A stretch of DNA of 32,000 nt, taken from positions 1 to 32,000 of the forward strand of contig CAZHYN010000009.1 of assembly GCA_964536865.1 (NCBI GenBank), in the 5' to 3' direction. The number at the start of each line of letters is the position of its first letter. Within the stretch, counting starts at the first letter, position 1. The translations under genes and the position numbers were made by a program. Shown piece by piece: positions 8,217-17,497 of the stretch. Under the pieces are notes generated by a model. The model worked only from the letters and a program-made list of their open reading frames with translations. It had not been told where the DNA came from and searched no databases. This stretch comes from an uncultured Planctomycetia bacterium. Lineage in GTDB: Bacteria; Omnitrophota; Gorgyraeia; Duberdicusellales; 4484-171.

Positions 8217-9638
8217 CTAATAAACTCCTTTGCCTTTCAAAACAGCGGGGATAGTCCACCACAATATTTTTAAATCCAAACCAAAAGACCAATGATTTAC
8301 ATACCAAAGATCCCATTTTACCCATTGAGAAAATGAAAGATCGGAACGTCCTCTCACTTGGGCTAATCCAGTTATTCCTGGCCTTATATTTAACCTTGGC
8401 AGATGATCGTAATGCATCTTTTCACTTTCCTCAACAGGGAAAGGTCTAGGCCCCACTAAACTCATATCTCCTTTTAAAACATTAATTAACTGAGGCAATT
8501 CATCTAAACTAAACTTTCTTAAGAACCGCCCCACACGTGTTACCCGAGGGTCTCTCCTCATCTTAAATATTACACCTCCCTTAGATTCATTTTTTTCTAA
8601 AAGAGCTGCTTTTATGTTATCGGCATCTTTTACCATAGAACGAAATTTGTAAAAATTAAATACTCTTCCTTTCCTTCCCATTCGTTTTTGAATATAAAAA
8701 ACAGGTCCTGGACTATCTATTTTTATGAGGATGCTCAGAATTAAAAATAACGGAGAGAGGATAAAAAGAAGAATCAGTGAAAGAAAAAAATCAAATACTC
8801 TCTTTATAGCTAACTCTGCAGGATGAATTTCCCTTTCTTTATACGTCAAAAGAGGAACCGAGCCTAAATAACTTATATTTATAGAAAACAAAGCTTCTTC
8901 AAAGTTTGCTGGGACAAGTCTTATACCTATATTCATATCTTTAGCAATTCTAGTGATTTTGGATATTACCTCTTTTTGATAAGAATCGGTTATAAACACT
9001 TCATCGATGAAATACTTTTTACAAATCTTCTTAAAGTCAGAAAGAGTACCCAAAAGAGGTAAATTTAAATCAGAATCTTTTTTAGAATCGTCTAAAACTC
9101 CGACAACATTTAATCCTAAAAATGGCCTTCGTTTTATCTCTTCAAAAAGTATCCTTGCTACTCTGTCTGTGCCCACGATAAGGATATTAAAATTATGGAA
9201 TCCTTTCTCTATAAGACTCCTTAAGATAAGTCTTTTTATAACTCTCCATAAGGTAAGGAAAACAATCATCAAAAGAAAATTTGCTAAGAATACCCAACGA
9301 GAGAAAAATTTAAACTTAGCAAAGAAGATGATAAAAGAAACAATCATAGAAGAAAAGAGAACGGATCTCAATACTAACATTATTTCTTTTGGTATGGTGA
9401 CGGTTCTATCTGTGGAATAAAGTTGTCTTCTTTTTAAAGAAATTACCGTCAGAAAACCCCACAGAGAAAAAATAAATAGATACTCTCTTAAATTAGGAAA
9501 GACTAAATTCTTAAACTCACGATGTAATAAAGATTCATAGTTATATCTTAAAAGATAAGGAATAAAAAATGAGAAGATTAGTACTACAATATCTACGCAG
9601 AAATAAATAATACGAACTCTATCTTGGAATCTAAACAT
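8217..9638 (-). CDS. Undecaprenyl-phosphate sugar phosphotransferase (WbaP/EPS priming glycosylphosphotransferase)
   Basis: Contains the bacterial sugar transferase motifs KRVFDF..., PGPVFYIQKRMGRKGRVFNFYKFRSM and DELPQLINVLKGDMSLVGPRP. N-terminal TM helices and a central Rossmann-like segment (NILIVGT) are also present. The ORF track start at 9671 is TTG; the first ATG is at 9638, 1 nt after the upstream stop. Confidence 0.9.
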   Translation of the reverse strand: MFRFQDRVRIIYFCVDIVVLIFSFFIPYLLRYNYESLLHREFKNLVFPNLREYLFIFSLWGFLTVISLKRRQLYSTDRTVTIPKEIMLVLRSVLFSSMIVSFIIFFAKFKFFSRWVFLANFLLMIVFLTLWRVIKRLILRSLIEKGFHNFNILIVGTDRVARILFEEIKRRPFLGLNVVGVLDDSKKDSDLNLPLLGTLSDFKKICKKYFIDEVFITDSYQKEVISKITRIAKDMNIGIRLVPANFEEALFSINISYLGSVPLLTYKEREIHPAELAIKRVFDFFLSLILLFILSPLFLILSILIKIDSPGPVFYIQKRMGRKGRVFNFYKFRSMVKDADNIKAALLEKNESKGGVIFKMRRDPRVTRVGRFLRKFSLDELPQLINVLKGDMSLVGPRPFPVEESEKMHYDHLPRLNIRPGITGLAQVRGRSDLSFSQWVKWDLWYVNHWSFGLDLKILWWTIPAVLKGKGVY

Positions 9639-9639
9639 C

Positions 9640-10410
9640 TTATACTTGGCGATTTTTAAAATAGTTTGCAATTAACTCTTTTACCGCACAAAATACGAAC
9701 AGGCTTCCATTTATGAGATATCTTTTCCATAATCTCTTAGGCTCAGTAAGGAGTCTAAATAACCACTCAAAACCATTATCTCTTATCCAACGTGGTGCCT
9801 GAGGTTTTGTTCCTGCTAAAAAATCAAACGCAGCTCCTACTCCTACCATAACAGGGACTTTTAGTTTATCTTTATTTTCATACATCCAAAGTTGTTGTTT
9901 AGGACAACCTAATCCTACCCAAACAATATCAGGGGAAAGCTCGTTTATCATCTCAATTATAACCCTATCCTCATCTTCACTCAGTTCCCGAAAAGGTGGA
10001 GAATAAACACCTTTTATATTAAGCCTGGGGAAATTACTGATCAATTTTTCTCTTAAACGGTTTAAAGTTTCAGTAGTTGAGCCATAAAAGAAATTAGTAT
10101 AACCCTCTGCTTGAGCACGCCTTAAAAATTCAAGCATCAATTCAGCCCCATAAACCCTTCTTTTCAATTTAAATCCGTAAAATCTTGAAGCGAGGACAAT
10201 GGAGATACCATCTGGAACAGTTAAAGAACTTCCATTCATTGCTACCCTCACCTGAGGCATCTTTTTACCTATCACAACATCATTAGCATTTGCCACAGCC
10301 ACATAATTCCCATACTCTTTTTTCTCTATCCATCCCTCCATAATCTTGATAACATCCGGTATCTGAACCATATCAACTCTTACCCCACAAATCTTAATTG
10401 AACCTTTCAT
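9640..10410 (-). CDS. WecG/TagA/CpsF-family glycosyltransferase (GT26)
   Basis: 256-aa ORF. ICGVRVDMV.., VAVANANDVV and VGLGCPKQQLWM match GT26 signatures. Confidence 0.85.
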   Translation of the reverse strand: MKGSIKICGVRVDMVQIPDVIKIMEGWIEKKEYGNYVAVANANDVVIGKKMPQVRVAMNGSSLTVPDGISIVLASRFYGFKLKRRVYGAELMLEFLRRAQAEGYTNFFYGSTTETLNRLREKLISNFPRLNIKGVYSPPFRELSEDEDRVIIEMINELSPDIVWVGLGCPKQQLWMYENKDKLKVPVMVGVGAAFDFLAGTKPQAPRWIRDNGFEWLFRLLTEPKRLWKRYLINGSLFVFCAVKELIANYFKNRQV

Positions 10411-10412
10411 AA

Positions 10413-11606
10413 TTACCTACCAGCCTTTTCTTTTGCCAACTTATATATTTCCATTAACATCTCATAATTTTTTTCTGCTGTATATTTTCTTTCATATTCT
10501 TTACGAGCTTCCCATCCCATCTCTGCCATCTCTTTTGGATGATTCCATGCCCAAGCTACCTTATCCGCTAAATCCTCAGAATTCCCATGTTCAAAAAGCA
10601 AACCATTATAACCATCTATCACCAATTCCCTAAGCCCACCTATACAAGAAGCAATAACCGGCACCCCATAAGCAAAACTCTCCAAAATTGAATACGGCAT
10701 ATTTTCATACCATTCACTCGGTAAAACTGTAACACTTGCCTTTCTTAGTATGCTATCCTTTTTATCTCCGTTTAAATAACCTATAAAAGAAACATTATTA
10801 AGTTTTTGTCTTTGTATAATCTCCTTAACTTCTTCAACTAAAGGACCGTCCCCAGCAATAACAAGCCTAAAATTCTTTATCTTTTCAAATCCTTCAAGCA
10901 AAGTCAAAATCCCCTTCTCTTTTGAAATCCTTCCAAGATATAAAACATAGTCTTCAAATTTTTCAATATCGATATCTTTTTTCACCTCTACAAAATGAGG
11001 CTTAAATATGATTTTCGCCTTTCTAAAATCTTTGGTTCCCTTCATTTTACGCTTAAGAAAATTACTTGGAGATATAAAAATATCAATCTTTTTTGTAAAT
11101 GTTTTGAAAATTTTTCTGTAGATAAAAATTATTAATGAAACAATTAAACTCTGAAAAAAACTATTTCTATAACATCTGTTTATTACTCCATAAATAAAAT
11201 TTCCATTTTTGCATTTTTCGCAAATTTTACCATTATTTAAAAGAAACAAACCATTAAGACATAAAAATCTATAATTATGTAATGTCTGAACGACTGGAAT
11301 GTTATATTTTTTTGCTATAAAATAAACAGAAGGAGAAATTCTTAAAAAAATATTGTGAACATGAATTACATCTGGCTTAAATTTTTTTATAATTTTTTTG
11401 AGTTCCCTATATGTAGCAAAAGAAAAGAAAATTTCAAAAATCTTAAAAATTCTTTCAAACAAGTTCCCTTTTTTGAACTCCTCATTACTCTTTGTATATA
11501 AATAAACCAAATGGCCGTTTTCCTCCAGAATTCTTTTTTCACTAAAAACTGTTGTATCCTCTCCTCCCTTTTTTAAATAAAAATTATGAATTATTAAAAT
11601 TTTCAT
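10413..11606 (-). CDS. Glycosyltransferase family 4
   Basis: 397-aa ORF. N-terminus MKILIIHNFY..GGEDT, and the E-x7-E region SEWYENMPYSILESFAYGVPVIAS. Confidence 0.85.
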   Translation of the reverse strand: MKILIIHNFYLKKGGEDTTVFSEKRILEENGHLVYLYTKSNEEFKKGNLFERIFKIFEIFFSFATYRELKKIIKKFKPDVIHVHNIFLRISPSVYFIAKKYNIPVVQTLHNYRFLCLNGLFLLNNGKICEKCKNGNFIYGVINRCYRNSFFQSLIVSLIIFIYRKIFKTFTKKIDIFISPSNFLKRKMKGTKDFRKAKIIFKPHFVEVKKDIDIEKFEDYVLYLGRISKEKGILTLLEGFEKIKNFRLVIAGDGPLVEEVKEIIQRQKLNNVSFIGYLNGDKKDSILRKASVTVLPSEWYENMPYSILESFAYGVPVIASCIGGLRELVIDGYNGLLFEHGNSEDLADKVAWAWNHPKEMAEMGWEARKEYERKYTAEKNYEMLMEIYKLAKEKAGR

Positions 11607-12769
11607 TCAGTTTTTGCAGAGAGATATTCTATCGCTTCTTTAACTCCTCTTATCATATTTTCTATTGAGCATTTATTTTCTACCATATATCTAATTTCTT
11701 TTTTCATTTCTTTTTGTTTACCTTCATCTAAAAGATATTCAACAATTGCATCAGCCATTTTTTTATTATCTCCATAAGAAACAAAAAAACCTGTTTTCCC
11801 ATTTATCAAATACTGGATTTCCGGACTATGATATGGTGGATCATTTCCATCTGAGGATTGGGTTATCACAGGGCAGTCAAAACAGAAAGAATGGACTATT
11901 GCCAATCCTACACATCCCGGCATAACCATCATATCTGAAGTATAAAGCAACTTCCCAGTTTTTTCATCACAAGTTACTGGTCCCCAAAATCTAACTTTGT
12001 CAGAAATTCCTAAATTCTTACTCATTATTTCTAACCTATTTTTCATAGGTCCATCGCCAATAAAATGAAATTCTATATCCTTGATTTTTTTTTGGACTAA
12101 ACTAAATACCTCTATTGCTTTATCAGGTTCTTTTTCTTTCAAAAGTCTTCCAATAAATATTAGATTATATTTCGATTTAAATCCCAATTCATTTTTTATT
12201 ATTTGTTTTCCCTTTCTTTCTAATTTATTTCTAATTGCTAATAATTTGTCAGTATTGAGTGTATTAGGTGCAATAAATATTTTCCTTTTATCTTTTATAT
12301 ATGGTTCAATTAATCTTTTACCTTTTTGTCCATATAGTATAATTGCATCTGCTTTATTTATCCACCAAACCCTTAATTTATCACCAAATGAATTGTGAGG
12401 ATTGAACCCTTTTTTTCTATTATATCCATGTGACCACAAAATGAGTTTATACTTTAAAAATGGTCTTAATAATAACAATAAATAATTTGAAATGATTAAA
12501 AGGGAAAATTCTGTAATAATAATATCCGGTCTATATTTTATTAAAGGTGTGAAAATATATAAAAAGCAAAATGTCTCCTTTTTAGGGAATGGATAAAAAT
12601 TCATAATTTTTAAATGAGGAAAACCAGGTTCAACTATTGATAAAAAAGTATTTTTAGGACCTTTTTTACCAAAACAGAGAATTGCACCAAATTTTTGATA
12701 CAATTTTCTAAAAACATCTAATCTGTAATGTGTTAATGTTCTTTGGAATATTAAAATCTTTCCATTCAT
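11603..12769 (-). CDS. Glycosyltransferase, GT-B fold (GT4-like)
   Basis: 388-aa ORF. IFIGRLLKEKEPDKAIEVF and FIGDGP are typical of the GT4 C-terminal domain. The E-x7-E motif is not obvious. ATGA overlap with the next gene. Confidence 0.7.
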   Translation of the reverse strand: MNGKILIFQRTLTHYRLDVFRKLYQKFGAILCFGKKGPKNTFLSIVEPGFPHLKIMNFYPFPKKETFCFLYIFTPLIKYRPDIIITEFSLLIISNYLLLLLRPFLKYKLILWSHGYNRKKGFNPHNSFGDKLRVWWINKADAIILYGQKGKRLIEPYIKDKRKIFIAPNTLNTDKLLAIRNKLERKGKQIIKNELGFKSKYNLIFIGRLLKEKEPDKAIEVFSLVQKKIKDIEFHFIGDGPMKNRLEIMSKNLGISDKVRFWGPVTCDEKTGKLLYTSDMMVMPGCVGLAIVHSFCFDCPVITQSSDGNDPPYHSPEIQYLINGKTGFFVSYGDNKKMADAIVEYLLDEGKQKEMKKEIRYMVENKCSIENMIRGVKEAIEYLSAKTE

Positions 12770-13983
12770 ATTTTAACAATAACCGCTGACTTAACTTCTC
12801 TATAAACATATCCAAGAACAAGAGCACAAAACCAGCTAAAACTACTATACCTTAAAGGTTCCATTGTAATTGAGTATAATACAATTGTTATAATCAATAC
12901 CAAACCAATCAATGCTGGAGAATTTATCCAAGATGAGATTTTCTGTCTTAATAATTTAAATAAAAAAATAAAAGCACTGGTTATTAAAAAAAGTGTATAA
13001 AAAATAAGACCAATCCAACCATAGTTAAATGTTATTCGTAACCAATCAGAATGAGGATCATAAGAACCATCTGGCAATTTTGGTGAGCCAAAACCTATTA
13101 GCTGTCGATAAAACTGAAATTTTATAAAATATTTACTATATTTAGGCCAAGCGGCATTTTCAGAACGTGTTCTACCTCTGAATTTCAATTGTGTAATAGC
13201 ACCTCCCTGATTTATCAAACTCCAGATAGGTTTAAAAAATATTACCATTGTAAAAATAAAAAAAAGAATTGCAAAATATTTTATTAATCCTCTTCGCATT
13301 AAAAAAATAAAAACAAATATTTGAAGCAAAACCACAATTATTGTTGCTCTATGAAAGCTACAACCTACCATAGGAAGTGTCAAAAATATCCAGAGCCAGA
13401 AAAATCCTTTTGATATTGCTTTATTAACAAATAGATAAACCAAAAGTGGAAATAAAGTAACCAGATAATTTAAATAACCTGTAGGATGGCGATATCCTCC
13501 GGAAACTCTACCAACTCTGCCTATAACTGGTAGATAGTCCCAATATGAAAATGGAAAAATTCCCAAAACCTGAAGATAAGAAAATATGGTTGGAATTAAG
13601 GAGATCAGTATCATCACCTTTCCAGCTCTTAAAAATTCCTGCTTTGAATTTAATAAAACCGGAACAGTAAGGAAGATAATAAAAAAATTATATGTTCTAA
13701 AATACTCATCTAATGAATAAATATTAAGATTCAATAAGAATGAACATGTTACCCAGATTAAAACTAAAATAGCAAATATACTGTTGTTTGTTTTAATTTT
13801 ATGTGAAGAAAATAATTTCAACAATAAAATTACAGTCAATATAATGGGAACAATAAATGCTACAATTCTATGAAAAGGAATAGCTATAGAACCTATATAA
13901 AATAAAGGCCATCTCCAATCAAGATCAAAAATAGGTTTAAGGATAATTAATCCCAATATAATTCTTATCCATTTTTTATCCAT
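12766..13983 (-). CDS. Wzy-like polysaccharide polymerase / O-antigen-ligase-like multi-pass membrane protein
   Basis: 405-aa ORF, almost entirely hydrophobic helices with one larger loop (KFRGRTRSENAAWPKY...). The call rests on its position inside a Wzx/Wzy locus. No sharp motif was recognised. Confidence 0.55.
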   Translation of the reverse strand: MDKKWIRIILGLIILKPIFDLDWRWPLFYIGSIAIPFHRIVAFIVPIILTVILLLKLFSSHKIKTNNSIFAILVLIWVTCSFLLNLNIYSLDEYFRTYNFFIIFLTVPVLLNSKQEFLRAGKVMILISLIPTIFSYLQVLGIFPFSYWDYLPVIGRVGRVSGGYRHPTGYLNYLVTLFPLLVYLFVNKAISKGFFWLWIFLTLPMVGCSFHRATIIVVLLQIFVFIFLMRRGLIKYFAILFFIFTMVIFFKPIWSLINQGGAITQLKFRGRTRSENAAWPKYSKYFIKFQFYRQLIGFGSPKLPDGSYDPHSDWLRITFNYGWIGLIFYTLFLITSAFIFLFKLLRQKISSWINSPALIGLVLIITIVLYSITMEPLRYSSFSWFCALVLGYVYREVKSAVIVKI

Positions 13984-14830
13984 AAATTATATTTTTTATA
14001 AACCTCTTCAATTTGTAAAACTTAAATTTCCTTTTTATCTTATAAAAAATTGTATATAGAGAGGGGGCTTTTCTGACAATTTTACCTTTTTCTAACTTAT
14101 AATTCGCATCTATAACTGTGTAAGCATATTCATAGCCGCCAACAAGTTTTAAGTTATAAATCGATTCTGGATTTTTATAGGGATTAGACCATCTTAAATG
14201 TGAGTAATCGTGATTCTGATGAATAATCGTAGCGGATTCGGTTACATCGATTACAGGGATTTTATCTTTTTTTGCCTTATATACAAGCCAGTTATCCCAC
14301 ATACATCTTGCAAAGATTAAAGGTGGTATATCCATATATTGCCCTTTTCTGAAAACAAAAAAATCTATACCTGTGTGAGGATGTAATTTCCCTTTTTTAA
14401 GAGCGTAATTCCTAATTTGTTCTTCCCAGCCATCATTAAAATTTATTTCAAAATCAATATCAACATCCCATCTCTGACCAATTATCAAAAACTTATCATC
14501 AAATCTTTCCAAAACTTTCTTAACCGCAATTATAAAATCATTCATAAGTATTATATCGCAGTTGATGTAGCACATTATTGAATTTTTTGCTATTTTCTGA
14601 GATGACCCAAAAATACTCCGTAAAATGGGAGTCCCGTATTTGTTTTTTTCAACTTCTTTTATATGTTTAAGTGAAAACTCTTTACAAACTTCCTCTGTCC
14701 CTTCCTCATCTCCAACGATAATTATTTCCGGCTTTGGTTTAAGCATAGACCAGCTTTTTATAGCATTTCGCTGTATCATATTTATATGTCTATCAGTAAA
14801 CGGTTTTGGTGATGTAAATATTGTTATCAT
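13976..14830 (-). CDS. Putative GT-A-like glycosyltransferase (uncharacterised family)
   Basis: 284-aa ORF. N-terminus ITIFTSPKPF...QRNAIKSW...EIIIVGDEEG and an acidic CYINCDIIL segment suggest a GT-A fold. The call rests on weak motif memory plus context only. Confidence 0.45.
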   Translation of the reverse strand: MITIFTSPKPFTDRHINMIQRNAIKSWSMLKPKPEIIIVGDEEGTEEVCKEFSLKHIKEVEKNKYGTPILRSIFGSSQKIAKNSIMCYINCDIILMNDFIIAVKKVLERFDDKFLIIGQRWDVDIDFEINFNDGWEEQIRNYALKKGKLHPHTGIDFFVFRKGQYMDIPPLIFARCMWDNWLVYKAKKDKIPVIDVTESATIIHQNHDYSHLRWSNPYKNPESIYNLKLVGGYEYAYTVIDANYKLEKGKIVRKAPSLYTIFYKIKRKFKFYKLKRFIKNIIYG

Positions 14831-15741
14831 CGGTTATTCAATTGTAACTCTGAATTTTTTATCTTAAGAGGATATAACATTTTTATTTCTTTTCTATTAA
14901 AAAAATTTGAGTTCAGAATATGCTTATATTTGTTATATATTTTTAAATATGCTTTATTATAAATTTTTTGAGCTAATTCCTTTTTCCATATTTTCTTTTC
15001 AGAATAAGTTAAATTAACTAAATCAAATGGGATGTATATATTGACTTTACCATCGATAAGAAGTTTAATACTCAAACTTAAATCATCTCCACAAAGGGGC
15101 ATAAAATCTCTATCTAACCCACCATACCTTAAAAGCAATTCTCGCTGAACGGAGAAAGGTCTATTAATTGCGTGAACTTGCCATATTCCAAAAGAATATC
15201 TTTTTTTTACCTTATTGCTTGGGAAATTTTCTCCTTTATGTTTCCTATTTATTTCAATACGTTCATATTTTACTGGAGGAAAAAATTCCTTTTTCAATAT
15301 ACCAAATTTTTTAAGTATTCTTTTTATATTCCATTCAAGAATGTCTTTAAAGGAATTAGGAATTATTTTCAATCCTGCCAGAAAGCCAATAGCTCCTATA
15401 TTCGGGATAGAATTTACAACATCTACAAGTAATGAATCCCAATTTTTATCATATATCCAATTATCGTCTTGAATAAATACAATGTAATCTCCAGTTGCAT
15501 TTTCTAAGGCTAAATTATTGCAAAATATTTCATACTTATTATCTGCGTAAAGAAATTTATATGAGATATCTGTGTTCCTTAAATATTTTTCTGCCTTTTC
15601 ATCTGAACTGTCTTTTAAATCATCAAATACAATTATTACTTCATATGTGTTTTTCCAAGATAAATTACTTAACCAACTTTCAAGCAAAGATTCTACCCAC
15701 TCTTCTTTATTAAATATTGTAAATGCCAATGTAATTTTCAT
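14827..15741 (-). CDS. Glycosyltransferase family 2
   Basis: 304-aa ORF. ITLAFTIFNKEEWVESLL, EVIIVFDD and VFIQDDN (DxD) fit GT2. Confidence 0.75.
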   Translation of the reverse strand: MKITLAFTIFNKEEWVESLLESWLSNLSWKNTYEVIIVFDDLKDSSDEKAEKYLRNTDISYKFLYADNKYEIFCNNLALENATGDYIVFIQDDNWIYDKNWDSLLVDVVNSIPNIGAIGFLAGLKIIPNSFKDILEWNIKRILKKFGILKKEFFPPVKYERIEINRKHKGENFPSNKVKKRYSFGIWQVHAINRPFSVQRELLLRYGGLDRDFMPLCGDDLSLSIKLLIDGKVNIYIPFDLVNLTYSEKKIWKKELAQKIYNKAYLKIYNKYKHILNSNFFNRKEIKMLYPLKIKNSELQLNNR

Positions 15742-17484
15742 TTATTTCTTCCTAAATACTGAAATCGAATAACATATATCAATCAAATCAAATTCATCAG
15801 ATTTTTCAATTTCCTTTGCTAATAAAGTGGGACCAATATATCCTTGTGAGAAAATTTTGTCTTCTTTATCTTCATCTATATTTTCTTTTCTTGAATCATG
15901 TAGAAGTATTAAACCACCTTTTTTAACAAATTTTGACCAAGTTTCAAAGTCTCTCTTTACCTCTTCATAAAAATGGCTCCCATCAATGAATAATAAACCA
16001 ATCTTTTGATTCCATTTCTTAACTACATTTTGACTGTAATCTGCAAATAGTTTCCAATCATTAATCCTCTCTTTACATCCCTTTTTACTCAATGCCTTCT
16101 TTATAGCTTTCTTGCAAATTGATTCATTTGCGATAAAATCACCTTTTGAATCTTTAACAAATGGATCAATAGAATACACTTTAACGTTATCTTTTTTATT
16201 AAGTAAAAATATAGTAGTTGAACCACCAAAAGCACAACCAATTTCTACTATAGCATCATTTGCATAATATGCATATTTAGAAAGAAATGGAATTTCGCTT
16301 TCATGCAAATAAAATGGATAATTGAAAATCTCAAGAAATTCTTCCTTGGTTAAACCATCTAAACTTAGAAATTTAGATATTAAACAAAATTTATCTTTAG
16401 TGGTAAACAGGTTTTTTATTAAATTCAAACTATTTTCTCTTAGCTTTTCCTTTAAACCTTCATTTTTCAACAGATATTTTATTGCTTCCCATAATGCATC
16501 TTTTGACCCACAAGGTACTAATATTCCTGTCCAATTATTATACAAATATTCCCTATTTCCTAATACATCAAAAGCAACAACAACACAGCCACAATGCATT
16601 GCCTCCTGTTGGGTTCTTGGGCATCCTTCCCCCCATAAAAGATGCTTACCCTGATTCAAGCCTACAAAGATATCTATGGTTTTCATCATATTTGCTACTT
16701 CTTTTTCACCTCCACTAATTTTAATTATATCTCTACATAATGGTTCCTTCTTACATTTTCTTTGTAAGAATTCATATATACTTTCATCCTCTTCAGTTTC
16801 AATCATACAACCTAATTTACCTTTTATACGTTTAGTAGAATCTGGATGAAATATATTTGCATCTGACCATTCATTGATCAAAACTGGTTTTATTCCATAA
16901 TTAGCCATATACCAACTTTGAATATACCTAGAATGTGTTGCAATCTTAGATATTATATTTTTCTTTAAGAATTTTTCTAGTTTGTGTTTAAATTCTAATG
17001 TCCACTTAAGATCTGCATCAATATAGAAAATTTGCTCTTTTTCTTTTAATATCTTTGTTGTTATATATTGATTATCAAGCCAACTAGTTACAAATCTTAT
17101 TTCATATCCTCCTTTCCGAAAATCATCTATTTTACTATAATTAATTATTGGTTGATGATTTACAAGCCATTTTTCATATTTATTGCCTTTTATAGCTATA
17201 TAAGCATCGTAACCATTTTCTCTTAATAATTGAGTCCATAAATTATATATTTTTGTACCACCATTATATTTAAGTAAAGTATCTCCTGCAATAAAAATAA
17301 TTTTTATTTTTTCTTTAGGTTTATAGTTATACCTGTTTATATATTTGTATCTTTTTATTTTTTCTATTTCTTGTTTTCTTAAAATATTTTTTAGATAGAA
17401 TAGTAATTTTTTTGGTAGTATATTTTTTAGGCAGTTTTTTAAATTTTTATTTTTATTTAACAAATTATAAATCTTATACCACAT
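15742..17484 (-). CDS. Bifunctional glycosyltransferase (GT4-like) fused to a class I SAM-dependent methyltransferase (Methyltransf_24-like)
   Basis: 580-aa ORF. Residues ~60-375 contain the GT-B E-x7-E element (EGCPRTQQEAMHCGCVVVA). Residues ~395-580 contain IVEIGCAFGGST (motif I) and LLFIDGSHFYEEVKRD...GGLILLHD. Confidence 0.75.
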   Translation of the reverse strand: MWYKIYNLLNKNKNLKNCLKNILPKKLLFYLKNILRKQEIEKIKRYKYINRYNYKPKEKIKIIFIAGDTLLKYNGGTKIYNLWTQLLRENGYDAYIAIKGNKYEKWLVNHQPIINYSKIDDFRKGGYEIRFVTSWLDNQYITTKILKEKEQIFYIDADLKWTLEFKHKLEKFLKKNIISKIATHSRYIQSWYMANYGIKPVLINEWSDANIFHPDSTKRIKGKLGCMIETEEDESIYEFLQRKCKKEPLCRDIIKISGGEKEVANMMKTIDIFVGLNQGKHLLWGEGCPRTQQEAMHCGCVVVAFDVLGNREYLYNNWTGILVPCGSKDALWEAIKYLLKNEGLKEKLRENSLNLIKNLFTTKDKFCLISKFLSLDGLTKEEFLEIFNYPFYLHESEIPFLSKYAYYANDAIVEIGCAFGGSTTIFLLNKKDNVKVYSIDPFVKDSKGDFIANESICKKAIKKALSKKGCKERINDWKLFADYSQNVVKKWNQKIGLLFIDGSHFYEEVKRDFETWSKFVKKGGLILLHDSRKENIDEDKEDKIFSQGYIGPTLLAKEIEKSDEFDLIDICYSISVFRKK

Positions 17485-17497
17485 TTAATTTTCACTC

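Noticed and set aside
8074-8325. 83-aa minus-strand ORF spanning the WbaP/Wzy junction, and the 69-aa ORF at 1796-2005.
   Set aside because: Both are alternative frames overlapping better-supported genes. The 1796-2005 frame is simply the third frame across the frameshift site of the CgeB-like pseudogene.
9007-9420. Plus-strand ORFs of 60-157 aa embedded antisense in minus-strand genes. Examples: 5041-5387, 9007-9420, 12081-12398, 15172-15772, 16322-16718, 18207-18680, 19959-20417, 20945-21508.
   Set aside because: Each lies wholly inside a well-supported minus-strand gene. They translate to low-complexity, Phe/Ile/Leu/Ser/Asn-rich sequence with no motifs. They are the expected stop-poor antisense frames of AT-rich coding DNA.
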